A stretch of 64,000 nucleotides of DNA. It comes from Syncephalis fuscata S228 (taxonomy: Eukaryota > Fungi > Zoopagomycota). Under the pieces are notes generated by a model that worked only from the letters and a program-made list of their open reading frames with translations, ran no database searches and was not told the origin of the DNA. The stretch is from the NCBI GenBank assembly GCA_025786725.1, contig JAHLTZ010000015.1, positions 186,001-250,000 on the forward strand, in the 5' to 3' direction. Shown piece by piece: positions 11,978 to 25,869 of the stretch. Numbering within the stretch: position 1 is the first letter of the stretch; each line of letters begins with the position of its first letter. A program made the position numbers and the translations under genes.

Positions 11978-13876
11978 CTAATTATTTGCTGCATTACTAT
12001 AACGCTTGATCATCCGGGTGAATTTACGAGTCAGTCGTCGATATGATGGATGATTATCCGTAGCATGTTCAAATCTAACCATTGTCTCGCCACCAACAGT
12101 TGTCATTCCACCGAGTGGTGACCGTATCTCCTCTTTAACGAGTTTTGGCGGTCGTGGCCATCGTACACCCAGTACCGACAGAAATATAAGTGCGCGAATC
12201 ATAAAAGCTGTATCAAATAATAGTTCTGCTACAAATAATTTAGTAAACAGAAAACCAAAGGAGTTACTAGCAGGCCATATATTGCGTAATGGAAATGCCA
12301 TATATGTAACGAGACCTAAAGAAGCTACGCATGCCAACTTGTACAGCGCTTTATTATTGGAATAATTGATTTTATGCTAAATAACCTACTTGTATAAACC
12401 TCTTTCGACCCTTGGAGTACTTTTTAAGCCTGTAGGCACTCAGTATAAACCATATCACTGCAGAACAATCTTAGTGCAAATATATTGTGTTGATATTGAA
12501 CAGACTTACCAAATCCGCAAAAAACCACGCAATTAATAAAAGCCACTGGAATTGTAATAAGTTTGTGCATTTCTTTAAGGCTGTAAAGTAAAGTGCGTTC
12601 CGTGCCGTGTTTAATAACAGTTACTATTTCTAAAAAAATTCGTATAATACTCGGTATTATATCAATAACAATAAAGATTCGAAATAGTATAATAGTTCTT
12701 TTTGAAAATAAGTTTTTGCTAATAGTTGACCTAAATAACTGTTAAACACCAATAATTACTTAATTAATCGCCTACCAATGCCAAAATATTATGTCAAACG
12801 GTATTCCTGCAATAAAAATATACAATTTAAGGCTTATTGGCAGATCGTACGTGTTGCGTAAAGCAATCAAGTGGCTCATAAAAGCTTTACAAAACTATAA
12901 GTTATAGTTTTTTAGTCTTTCGTGGTCACTTACAAATACAGTAAATAACGGATATACCAAACGATAACAAAAGTAAATTGTATTTTAGCATTTTCAATGT
13001 TACCAGCATAAAAACCCGAAAACATGCATACAGAAAAGCTAATAATAGCTGTACAAATACAATGAGTATGGCAATAAATAATTACGTTTACTTACTAATA
13101 CAAAGTAAATTAATTCGTGAGTGATATATTTTGCTGACGAAAGTTCAGCATCCCATGGATTAAGTTCTATCGATAGTTTAGTATTACTTTGTAAAACACT
13201 TTATGCTAGCCACCTTGCTCGGCAATATAATGAAAGCTTTTATAGCTACCAGTGTTTGGAAGATCATTCACTAAAGAATCATATTTGCCTATTTTTGCCG
13301 TCTTTATTGATTCTGTTTTTGCGGTTTTATGATACGGTTCAAGATTAAATAATTCAATATTATCATAATATATCATAAAAATTGGCTCCTGAGATCCGGC
13401 TATAATAATCAATTTGATTGTTGGAAATGCTGCTCGCGATAGCTGGCTAATTAAACTGTTTACTGCTTTAATCATCTATGTTACATTAGTTTAAGTGGTT
13501 CTAATGTATTTAGTCTTACATTGTCTCCCTTGCTACACTCAACTGGCAAATCTTTTGAATAGTCTAAAACCAATGCAAATTCCGAATATGCATATGCCTT
13601 TTTAGCTATGTCTTGAAGTTCTTTGTCAAAAGCATCAACTGGTGGAAAGGCACATGGACCGTCCCATTCAACGCTTTTAAATGACCATACAAGTCCAATG
13701 CCTTCATACTGATAGTAGGACTCTCGATCGGGATAATTATCATGCAAGTCATAGGTTTTGTTTCCAGTATTATTTACGATAGTGAGTTTTGCGGCAACAC
13801 AACTCAGCTGTACTGATATACAAATAAACAACAACGGAAATACTAACAATGACTGACGGTAGTCTAAAAGGCGCAT
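11978..13876 (-). CDS. Lineage-specific membrane protein: signal peptide, extracellular domain and multi-pass TM region (multi-exon)
   Basis: Co-oriented ORFs 13481-13957, 13206-13475 and 11978-12337 separated by GT-AG introns. N-terminal hydrophobic signal and C-terminal hydrophobic helices. Exon structure not fully resolved. Confidence 0.6.
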
Positions 13877-14813
13877 TGTGTAAAATAGAATAAAAGGTAG
13901 TAATGGTGCATGTTGAACGATGCAACGCACTTGCCTGTATATAACTAAAAGACGCATGCTTTCGAGAGCATGTGCATGTATAAACTGGTTTTGTAGCGCA
14001 AGCCTTCGCCTTAATGTGAGTACCGTCTATAAGCACTTGATTTTTATCTCTTTGTAAATATGACTATTTGCGCCAATAGTAGCTATTTATTGAGCAAAAT
14101 AAACGAGTAAATAATTCAATTTTATTATTATATCAATGCATAGTTTGACTATTGATACTGGTGCACTTGTACTATCTAAAAAATAAATATTATTACTTAG
14201 CTAACAAATTGACAAAATGGCCAATTAAATTGAGCTAATAAAGCATCATTGCTCGCTAATAGTAGTCTAATGCTAGTTATTTATTGCGTATACTATTTAG
14301 TTGATTCGTGTCACTAACAGATGTTTACTATACTTTATTATTGAAACACAAATACATGCAACATCGCCAATGACACAAAATTCATGTTCATGTTTCAGAT
14401 TTTTCGGTGCAATGCTGCTCGAAACACAAATGATCCTACGACCAATATTATGGATTTATTTGTAACTAAATTTACCAGAATACATAACTGCGCCAGTTTA
14501 ATTATATTACTATCCAATTACACTGATGGCCAATTGCGGCATTATTCTTTTTATTATTGCTAAAATGAAAATATAAGCCATTAATGATTTCCTTATGGCC
14601 ATGCATGGTGTAATTGAATTGATCATCTTTCTTTACAAATTAGGCATTTATCGTTTGAAGCGTTTCATTAAGTATTTGACAAGCACGAGTTGCAAGTCGC
14701 TCAAGTTATCTTTTTTTGACTTGACCTTTTCTTTTCTATTCATAACGCAAGCCTTTTATTCTATTACGCTCATCACTACTACGCTCTCATACCAAACCTT
14801 GGCAATTTTAGAT

Positions 14814-15319
14814 ATGCACTTTCTGTCGGCTGGTCTTGTGTTTGCAAGCCTGGCGGCCAGTTGGCTTGCAATAACTCAAGTTATTGTCGTTTCTGCCTTG
14901 GAAATTACCGACATTCCTATCGCTCCTAATAATCATGCACTTTTCGACGTTAATGATAACGGCCTGCTTCGCGTCTATCCCTGCCTTGGCTTAATGGGCA
15001 CGCCTAGCAGTGTAAAGGCCGTACGCACCAGCAATTCATCACTGACCACGCATACCGCACCATATTTACGGACGCCAATGATCGGATTGTGCGTATCGCC
15101 GATGTCAAGTATACAATACTACGTCACCGACCCTACGAGTTTAAATTTACCGACTACGATGAGAACGGCGTAATTACACGCAAAGGATGCGCTCAGGTAA
15201 TTCATCACTACTTGGCTACGGGCAAACCGCGTTCCATTGAAATTCGAATGGGCGATAAGATGGAAAGTATTGTCATTAAACGCAATCGTATGACGGGAGC
15301 CATTAAGAAAATGCTGTAA
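14814..15319 (+). CDS. Small secreted hypothetical protein (apparent 1-nt frameshift near 15008)
   Basis: Signal peptide MHFLSAGLVFASLAASWLAITQVIVVSA; two overlapping ORFs join if one base is added near 15008. Confidence 0.6.
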
Positions 15320-15704
15320 ACCGTTCTTGGGCTGAGACTACAGTGCTTAAGCCCGATGAGTTTATCGATAATATTTATTTAGAACGCGAGAAAAACAGTG
15401 GAATTATTGTGGCATCTGTTTAAATTTTACGAATGCACAAATGATACAATATTGTCCAGTCAAGTACAATTTATTTGAAATGACTTTAAATAAAGCTATC
15501 AAACATTATTATTTTCTGCTTTTTGGTGATCATTGTATTTATTAATAATATATAATAATTTAGCTATAATATTATTAGTTACTTTATTTTAAAATTTATT
15601 AATTCATTTTAATATAATATTAAACTGATAAATGAACAAACAGCTTATTGTTATCACTATTATATATTTATTATATTTATTATGTATACAAAATATTATC
15701 ATTG

Positions 15705-17459
15705 TTAATCGACGCGTGCCTTTTTACGCGCAGCATTTGCCGCAGCCAGTAGACTAGCATTGCTCGCTGCATTAGCAATGTTATTAGACGAGCCCACACT
15801 AGTGGTGCCACCATCCTGGCGTTTAGCGGCCAAAGGAGGTAGTGCTTTGACACCTGGCCGTTCTTCTTTAGTCAATTTACGCGTTGGATACTTGAATCCT
15901 TGATTAGCAAATGCACTGTAAATAGTTTAATTAATATTCATTATTTTTTGTTAAATAATGCTTACTTTGAAGCCGGCCGAGGCTCATCCTGAAAGTAAGA
16001 ATGATCCAGCGCTTGTTCAGCTGATATACGCCGTTCTGGATCATATTCAAGCATAAGCCGCAATATGTCGTAGCCTTGATCGCTTTTGGACGAACACGTT
16101 TTCCAATAGGATCGTAACGTATTGTCATGCCTAAAGTACCATTAGTTTTAATGCTAACACTACAATTATCTATCGTCTAACTTACTCGCGTATAGATGCC
16201 AAATTGGGGTATTCAGGCAAGTCAGTTACAGCGGGCCATCGATCAACTGTCGTAACAATAATTATTAATTACTAATGTTCATCCATTATCTACTCTATTT
16301 ACCTGTTGGTGTACCAAGTACTTCGATAATCTTGCTTACTTGGTGCTTTTGGAATGGTGGTGTTTTACGACCATCCATTTTTACTTCTTCACTTTTAAAA
16401 ATCGGTCGAAGTGTAAGTAGTTCGGCAAAAATGCAACCTACTGCCCAAATATCTATTATGACCATAAAATTAACAATTCTGTTTGTTATAATGATTATAG
16501 TGTACGCCATACCAATTGCCGTCGTATAATGCTTAGCTCCTAGTAATAACTCTGGTGCACGATACCATACTGTAACAACTACACGATCACCATCAGCCAA
16601 TGGTAACAATGGTTGTCGATAAACACGAGCCAGCCCAAGATCACCTGCAGTTATAATATTATACTTGTATTAATACATATATATATATATATATCATTAA
16701 CTCTTGAATATCATTACCAATTTTAACAACGCCCTTAGTAGTTACTAGAATATTTGCCTTGATGCTCATTAATTGCATGTACTATTCAATAAATAGCTAC
16801 TTACTGGTTTAAGATCTCGATGTAATATCCAATTGGCGTGCAAGTAGGATAGACCATTCAATAGCTGCCATAGACATGACTTTACCGTCAATTCTGGCAA
16901 TGGCTTACGTTCTTCGTGGCCGTGAAATTGAAGTATTTGCTAATATAGACTCTATTAGCTATTTAACTCTACTCTATTGATCGAATAACCTACCAATAGA
17001 TCATGTTCAGCATATTCTAGAATCATGTAAATAGCATGGTTCTCCGTCAATACTTCACGCAGTGCCATAATGTTAACATGAGATAACTCGCGACACAGCT
17101 ATACACGTAGATAAATAGCTTTGTTATTCTTTACTCTACTAATGCACTTGGTATACAACTAACCGCAATCTCTCTACAGGCTGATTGTGAAATGCCCGTT
17201 GTTACTTGGCCGTTTTCGCCTTCCTTTTCGACTTTAAACGCCTTAATAGCATACTCACTATTATCCGTGCTACATTTCAAACTATAAGCACAAGATAGAC
17301 CAGCAATAGATAAACGCGTATATAGTACCTGTCACGAGATCGCGCCTTGTAAACACGACCATAAGTACCTGAGCTTATAAACCCAAGAATCTCATAGCAA
17401 TTTACTAGCTTTGGCCGGAGCGCATCTCTTCGTGCCTTGTATTTCCGCATCAACTCCAT
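15705..17459 (-). CDS. SSN3: Cyclin-dependent kinase 8 (Mediator kinase)
   Basis: [85 protein letters not shown]. Confidence 0.95.
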
Positions 17460-17672
17460 AGTTTAATATTATACGATAACACTAGTATAATGAGCACTAC
17501 TGCTACTGCTACTACTACTACTATAAAAAACAACAACAACAATAACAGAGATTACGCTTGTCTTATGTGTATATAAGTGGTGGGCGTGCAAGTACAGGTG
17601 TAAAGAAGTGCAACTCAGACTATCCAAATTGTTCATTTATTCAAATGTTTCCACGCATTCATATAGTTTTAT

Positions 17673-18661
17673 CTAACCAATAATCAATTTCTCTCCATCA
17701 ATGGCATATTGTGGAATTTCAAGGTTAAGTGGAGCTGGTCCCTTGCGAATACGGCCCGAGATATCGTAGTGACTGCCGTGGCAAGGACAGAACCAACCAC
17801 CGTAGTCACCAGCATCGCCGATAGGCACACAGCCAAGATGCGTGCAAATACCCAGCATTACCAGCCATTCTGGCTGCTGGACACGAGCACTATCCGTCTG
17901 TGGATCGCGCAACTCGCTGATGCTGACGGCGTTCGCCTCATCAATCTCGCCGGCCGTACGATGACGAATAAACACCGGCTTGCCACGCCACTTGACGACA
18001 ATGTTCTTGCCTTCGGGAATGGCCGTGAGATCAACCTCGACCTTAGCAAGGGCCAATACATCGGCAGATGCGCTCAAGTTGCTTAGAAAGTCGTGGACAG
18101 TAGCTTTGGCTGCGGCAATTGTCAATACACCCGAAGTGCCGACCATCATATAGGCGAAGGCACGAGACGTGTCGTCACTGGATGCTTTCATATATTCACC
18201 AAAATTTGGTACTTGTGTACTGCCCTCACCTACTGGGCGCGACGCAGACGAGAACGATGACGAGTAGCGTTGTTGAACACCAAACTGGCTAACGGCTAAA
18301 TAAGAGATAGTAAAAGTTAATATACGCGTAAGTTACTTGATTCCAATCTATTACTCTACACTGCCACTACACGCAGATCGATGAGAGAAACAAGTAGGCC
18401 GCAGCATTGACTATACTTTGACAGCCGCTCTCTACTTTCTCCATTGTCTGCATTGAAGGTGCTTTATTTGTCTATTCGGTCTGCAGAATACCTACCCATC
18501 AGAGGAGTGCGATTGCTTAGAAGGCCATCACGATTGATTACCGTGCGGCAGATTTGCGATTTAGTAGGCTTTGTGGCAGCACGCGTCGCATTACGCAGTG
18601 TGGATCCAATAGCCACTGCCGTAGAATTCAAAGCAGTGCGATTAAGTAAAGAAGTCGCCAT
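17673..18661 (-). CDS. RIP1: Cytochrome bc1 Rieske iron-sulfur subunit
   Basis: CTHLGCVP and GGWFCPCHGSHYDISGRIRKGPAPLNL. Exon 1 (18496-18661) is a mitochondrial presequence; one intron. Confidence 0.97.
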
Positions 18662-18989
18662 GATGAGCTAGAAGCAAACAAAGCAGGAAAGTAAGAGAGA
18701 AAGGAGAAAGATCGGGCAAAGACGGCACAGTATATGTGTGTGTGTGTGTGGATATGGGTGTTGTGTACATTTAATGTTTTAATACTAGCAAATAAACACT
18801 CTAGCAAAAATACAATATTGATATCGGAACAGGACGGATTTGATGACAATTAATTAATTAATAGCTACGACATAGCATTAAAATCAAAAAAGTATATTGA
18901 ACAGAAATCGGCTTATTCTTTCCTTTAGTTCAACTGTTATTATTGTTGCCACCGTGCTTACCTGTTCTACTTAGAAATACAACTACGCA

Positions 18990-21378
18990 ATGTCACAAAC
19001 AGGCTGGTTGGCATTACGCCGACAACACTGGCGTTTTCAGCATGCCTCGTTATTCTCCTTTACAAAAGCTAGCCCGCCACCAGCCACGACTCCGCCGACA
19101 ATCCCCGTGCGACAGAAGCCGTTCTATGTAACAACACCGATATTTTATGTTAACGCAGGTAAATAACAGACTAGGTAGACAAGGAATGGCACCGGTAATA
19201 TATTCGCTCGGTAGATCCACATATTGGCCATTTATACTCGCTCGTCATGGCCGATACTACAAGACGATATAGACAACTCCACGGCAATAGTACATTGTTG
19301 GCTACCGGTACCGATGAACATGGTCTAAAGGTAATATAACAATACTATTGCTGTTGTTACGAATAGTCAACGTATGGCCTCTGCCTTGTATTAGTCGATA
19401 ACTGTTATCTATGCTTGGTATGGGAAATATCTTATGTCTATAATTGGTTCTATATTAGATTCAACAAGCTGCTCAAAAAGCAGGATTGACTCCGAAATCA
19501 TTATGCGATCAAGTATCAGCTCGATTTAGCGTAAGTCATTATTGACTAATCATTATAATAATCATTATAATAATCATTATAATAATATATAATAAAAGGA
19601 TCTTACCAATAAGGCCGGTGTATTAGGTGAAGACATTATATTTACACGCACTACTGATCCTCTACATATTTGTACTGTAAAGAGACTATGGGTAATGTTG
19701 AATAGTTAATTAACTAGCAGTAATATATTAATACAGTTTAATAATAGAAACGCTTATTGGCAAGTGGCCATATTTATAAGGGATCTCATGAAGGTTGGTA
19801 TGCCGTATCCGATGAAGCCTTTTACCTTCCATCACAAGTCATGCCAGGGAAAGATCCAGTTACGGGTGAATCAATTACGGTAAGATGGGATGATAGTTAA
19901 ATATTAATTAATTCACACCAATCATCACATTTACGTGTATAGGTGTCCATTGATAGTGGACAACGTGTTGAATGGATTAAAGAAGAGAATTACAAGTTTA
20001 GATTATCAGCATTTCGTGAACCATTACGTCGTTGGTTACAGGATAATCCACAGTGTAATGATTGATGACATTTATCATAACAAACAATCTAATTGGTATA
20101 TTAACTAGTAATTCTACCTGCTTCACGATATAATGAAGTATTATCGTATCTTTCACAAGATATACCTGATCTTTCAATTTCTCGGCCACGTAGTCGACTC
20201 TCTTGGGGCATTCCTGTGCCTGGTGATGATGACCATGTTATTTATGTATGGTTAGATGCACTAACCAACTATTTAACCGCAACCTGTTCAACCACTGGTG
20301 GTGATACACCACGACCAGCCAGTGATCCAAGTGCTTGGCCGGCTGATACACATATTGTTGGTAAAGATATTATAAAGTAGGTGTGTGCATCTAGATCATA
20401 TTATAGTCGATTCATTTTATTGTACATAGATTCCATGCTATTTACTGGCCCGCCTTTCTAATGGCAGCCAATCTTCCGTTACCACGACGTATCGTTGCTC
20501 ATGCTCACTGGACCATGGGTAAACAGAAAATGAGTAAAAGTCGTGGTAATGTTGCAGATCCATTTACTCTACTGGATAAATATGGATCTGATGCCATTCG
20601 CTATTTTCTAATGCGGGATGGTGGACTTGCCGATGATAGTGGTAACTATCGATAGACAGTATGGTATATAGCAATTGATTACTAACAATAAGTATTACCA
20701 TAATAGATTATAGCGAGGAATTAGTAAAAAAGCGTTATAAAAAGGAATTACTTGGCCAATTAGGCAATTTGCTATCACGAACTATATCGTCAACTTTATT
20801 ACCTCAAAATTATGTGCCATCACCACCCCATGCCAATCAATTACAAGTAGCCGATAATGAAATACGTAGTTTATTACTAGAACTTCCTCGTTAGTATTAA
20901 TAATGCGCTATAATTACTATTATTTAACTATAAATGTATATAATTAGATATGGTGGCCACTCATTTTGATCAATATGAATTTGGTAAAGGATTAATGTGT
21001 ATTGAACAGGCCGTGGCTCATGTAAGTAACACCTTTAACATACTATTATTTTATATCTATATCTATATCTATATCTATATCTATATCTATTGATAGACCA
21101 ATAAATACTTTACTGATCAAGCACCATGGACATTGGTGGCATCAGAGGCGTTGTCGGATCATCAACGACTGGCCACTATATTATTCCATACACTTGAAAC
21201 ACTACGTATTGCCGGTATACAATTACAACCAGTGATGCCTGATAAAATGAACTATTTATTAAATGGCCTTGGTGTGTCTATGGGTGATCGTCAATGGTCA
21301 AATACACAGCTTATTGGTGAAGAGACTGATCGACGGGCAGTTGTGGCATTTACTACTCCTCTTTTTCCAAAAGTATAA
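18990..21378 (+). CDS. MSM1: Mitochondrial methionyl-tRNA synthetase (multi-exon)
   Basis: [49 protein letters not shown]; N-terminal targeting-like peptide. Confidence 0.93.
21053..21090 (+). repeat. (ATATCT)n microsatellite in an MSM1 intron
   Basis: About 6 perfect units seen directly. Confidence 0.9.
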
Positions 21379-21418
21379 TCTTATTAAATCGTTAATATAA
21401 CATATTAGAAATAGTTTA

Positions 21419-23378
21419 TTAAAATAATTGAGTCTGCAATGATACAGCATGACAATCAAGCGTTGATAGATTGACGAGAATAACCATGCCTGTTTCGGCA
21501 AATGATGGTAGAGTAACTACACGTACTCGTTGTCCCTCACTGCCTTCAACTAGTTGTGTATCATATTCAGTTTGATTACCTATAAAGTATATACTAGGAC
21601 ACTCTTCAATAATAAACGGATCTTTATCTGCAAATGGATAACACCCTATTACATAGATGTATTAATTAATTAATAGATCTATTATTGTTATTATTAACCA
21701 TGGCTACTTACATAGTGTATCAGGTGCTGTGGGGGCCATATGTCGCCAAGTTAATGAACTAACGGCGAGATCAAGAGCTGATTTATCTTGCACGTATTTA
21801 CATAGATCAGTTACGGGTTGTCCGGCATTGCCCAATAGTCTATATTTGATAAATATAGTGATAAAATCGATATAGTTTACAATAACTTACAATCTATCTT
21901 GAACACGGCACCAATAAGGATTGGTCACACATTGTAATGTGGAATATTTTGAAGCTTTAGGCAATAGGCCGGGATAGATGGGCTGTTGTGGTAGAGCCAT
22001 AGTAACTGGGTCTAATGAACCTGGTAGAATATCCACATCAATGGATGCACACACTTGTTCTAGAAATAGATCGGCTTGTTGTAATGAATTAGGTGTATCG
22101 GTATTACCGTCTACTATCATTGAATTCTGTCGATTGGCACGTCTCTGATAGTTACATGAATATAAATATAATTGTTATAGCCAAGTATAGAATTACTTAC
22201 AGTTTGCCAATCATCTTGTTCAATGGTTGGGGGCACAACTGTATTACCTGCTAATATGACACGAACTATATTTGTTTGTTCGATTTGATCCTTTAAAGTA
22301 TCAATTAATATTGGTTATACCAGAGTTGTTACTACTTACATGGAGTGAGCCCAATTCTCCTCGTAAATACTGAGCCAATAATTGAGTCTGTAGACTATTT
22401 TCTTTATCTGATCCAATCTGTAATCCACTAACTAATGCTAAATATTTAACTGGTTCATCTTCAGTCGATGTATGTTCCATAGTATCAATAGAAGATGATG
22501 GTGGTGGTAGACCGGCAAAACACATATCTACTATTTCAAATTCACCGAGTGCATTTTCTCTTCCTAATACTGCAGCAATAATACCTATATTTAATTAATT
22601 AATTAAATATTATAAATACAGTTGTTTAAATACTTACCACTAATAGGACGTGTTTATTCAGATATTGCCCCACTAATGCAATACGTCCGAATCATCTTCA
22701 AGCAGTGTCACGTCTTGTTCTCCATAATAATGATCCCGTTGGGATGCTATTGTAACTTTATGCTATTATACACACACCATATATATATAAATAAAAACAG
22801 TATTAACGTTGTCTTATAATCAATACTAGTAATATGACTATTTACCTCTTGGGCAATATCTTCTAATACATTGGGTTTTAACTTCATATCTACATACATG
22901 GTGCCTACAACATAGCATAGTTCACCTGGTTGTACATCAAGTATACGTTCTACTAGAGTAGGCGCATCTAATCATCAACTGTATTAATAGCTTTGCATAA
23001 TACATAATACAACATGTTAGTTACTTTTCATTGAAGACCATCGTTTTTGTGCCTGTGCCGTGACATAAGGTTTTAAACGACTAATCGTTCAAAGTAGATA
23101 TTGGCATATTGTTGTTGATAGGATCGCTGTTTTAACAATAATTGTTCACGCTTCTCGTTACAAGGATCATAGTCTACCGCGTTACGTTGTAGAGTTGAAG
23201 GAGCTGTGGTAGCTGTATCAACACTCGTGTTCGACAGTAGATGGTCTACTGGTCTAGCGTTTATTGTACAAGAAGGAAGAATGAACAATTAGCACTATGC
23301 TGACCAATAGTAATAACCGTAACAAACTTACAATTTAGCTTCAGTAGCCGAGTGAGAGACTTTAGATTCGTGAACCAT
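21419..23378 (-). CDS. POL31: DNA polymerase delta small subunit (POLD2)
   Basis: SYQQQYANIYFERL, YVVGTMYVDMKLKPNVLEDI, LEDDSD, YLALVSGL, DILPGSLDP..LPQQP, WRHMAPTAPDT. Apparent 1-nt deletion at ~23076. Confidence 0.93.
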
Positions 23379-23600
23379 CGTAGATAGGAATAAAAAAGAA
23401 GTAAGAAAGTAAAAAGTGCGCGTTCTTTTTTAGACTTTTATGATGCGCGTCATTGATAAAATGCTACACAACTGTTTTTCAACTAAAGCTCAGTCCGTTT
23501 GTTTCTTCATCTATCTATCTTCACACGTTATACTTGTAGCCTTTACATTTCAATAGAATAGCTAGTCTACTGTCTATTTATAGTCAACTATCGCGGCAGT

Positions 23601-25039
23601 ATGTTTGCAAGGAAACGGGCCGAACTGGCGCCCGCCTACCAGGACAAGAATGACAAGTGTCCTATTTGTCGTAGCGAACGCTACATGAATACTACGATGC
23701 GGCTGTTGGTAGGGCCATGCTTTCACACTATGCAAGTCAATAGCGTTGATATACTTGTTATAATACAGCTCATCTAATGACTTTCAATAATAGGTGTGAT
23801 TCGTGTATCGACCGATTGTTCGCGCAAGGACCAGCTCCTTGTCCTGTATGTCATCAAATTCTACGTAAAATGGCATTTGCCGAACCAACATTTGAAGATC
23901 TTGGTGTGGAGAAGGAAGTGCGAATTCGTAAGCGATTAGCCGAAACGTAGGTTACAGCTTTATTAATAATGAGTAAACTGAACAGTAAAGAATATGTTTA
24001 AATGTTATAATGTTTAGATTTAATAAAAGACCTGAAGATTTTGCAACAGCACGTGAATACAACGATTATCTTGAAGATGTAGAGGAGTTAAGTAGGTTAT
24101 TTAAATGATAAGAATAAGGAGATGTTGGACTAAAAATGTATACTATACACCAATCATTGAATAGCGTTCAATATGATTAACGAGGTGGATATCGAAGCTA
24201 CTGAGGCGCGTATTAAAGAATTCCAAGCAGCCAATCAAGATGTAATTCTAGCAAATCATGCCAAATCTGTATGTATAAATTAAAACATATCATTATTATT
24301 ATTAAATAATGAATGATGATAAATAGAAACGAGAAGAAAAGCAGTTTGATCAACAGATGGAGGAAGAACTACAAGCACGTTTACGTGAACGACAAGAAAT
24401 AGAACGAGAGATGACTGAATCAGAACGGTTTAAGAAGAAGGAGAAGGAAGAAATACTGAAAGCATTGGTAAATTGAATGTAGAATGATGCTTGTAAATAA
24501 TAACAATAACAACAAAATAATAATCTAAATTAGGCTACGTCAGAAGAACCGGCAGCAGAAGTGCTTGCTAAACGCACAGCTCTTTCGCTTAAGCGTTCAT
24601 CGATGCGACAAAAAGCAGAAAATGCCCAAAGATTGGCTATTCCACCGGTGGCTTCTTCGCCATTGGCCGATCGTGTTGTTACTGCAATGGATACAGATCG
24701 TACAGTATCATTTCAATTGGACGACACAGAATTTATCCACTTGATCATCTATATGCTGTACCCTTCCTTCCGAAAGCCAATTACGTCGATCCGTATCCTT
24801 TATTGTTGTCTAAACTAGCACTAATGCTAATATAATGCTACAAATATGCTAATTCTGTTATAGCTTAACTTGATGATAGATTTACACACACTGTTTCAAA
24901 TAATGCTGCAGCAAAAGCCGGTGGCTGGACTGTTGATGTACTGCATCAACGTGCTTTAGAATCAGCATTAACTACGTTGTTTTTGCCACCTGTTGTTAAA
25001 AGCACTATGCTTGAGGACAATAATGAAATAAATCAATAA
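23601..25039 (+). CDS. TFB3: CDK-activating kinase assembly factor MAT1 (TFIIH RING subunit)
   Basis: CPICRSERYMN..CFHTMCDSCIDRLFAQGPAPCPVC..FEDLGVEKEVRIRKR..YNDYLEDVE. GC-AG first intron at 23732-23793; apparent 1-nt deletion at ~24733. Confidence 0.94.
24793..24879 (+). other. U12-type GT-AG intron in TFB3
   Basis: Donor GTATCCTTT (perfect U12 consensus); GCTTAAC branch-like motif 10 nt before the intron end. Splicing gives NYVDP|FTHT..AGGW..RALESA. Confidence 0.85.
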
Positions 25040-25869
25040 AGTATTTTTAAATATAAAAGATAATGATAACTGGATGTAATATGATGTTTATTTGGTTAAT
25101 ACAATCTAATGGTTCGTATATTAGTTGTTCACTTAGTTATATAATAATCGTGTCGATGTTTTAATAAATAATAACAGTTTACATTTTATTGTCCTAAAAG
25201 TGCCTTTATTATAATTTATAGCATCATTTGTATAATGAATGATTTAAGGGACGTGATATTGAATATATGATGAAAATATCAGTTGAACAAAATTTTAAAA
25301 TCGGCAACACTGTTAGTATAATTGGACTCTGGCTGCCGTGCATCCGATTCGTATACGAGCGATATTACAGCTATTCCGCAGATAATTTTTAGAATACTCG
25401 GCAAAACCAATACACAGCCTACTAATGAATAGCTTATTGTTTATGCCGAATAGTATTTCCAATTATAGTATTTTATATTGTAATGTGACATGTAAATTGT
25501 GGAGATCAATTAAACATTTACTACTATTTTTGGAAACCAATTAAGAAAATAACAAAAATAAATTGATTTATAACTATAAACAGCATAATTACTAGTTTAA
25601 ACGATGACATCTCGTGTTGATTTACATAATAATACTAGTAATTAAACCCAGAACATGTGTTTATAATATATTAGCAAATTTGAAACATCCGAAATAAGTA
25701 ACGATCTTTTTGACGCGTGCCATATTAGTATTTTTTTATCGTCATTTAAGTCGACTATAACTATAAAAACGCAGTATAATTTAGACAGTTAGTTTGACAA
25801 ACATTATTCCCATTTATTTTTTAAACCAACAACATTTAGACTTTATTTTACTAGCAATTAGATTTTATT

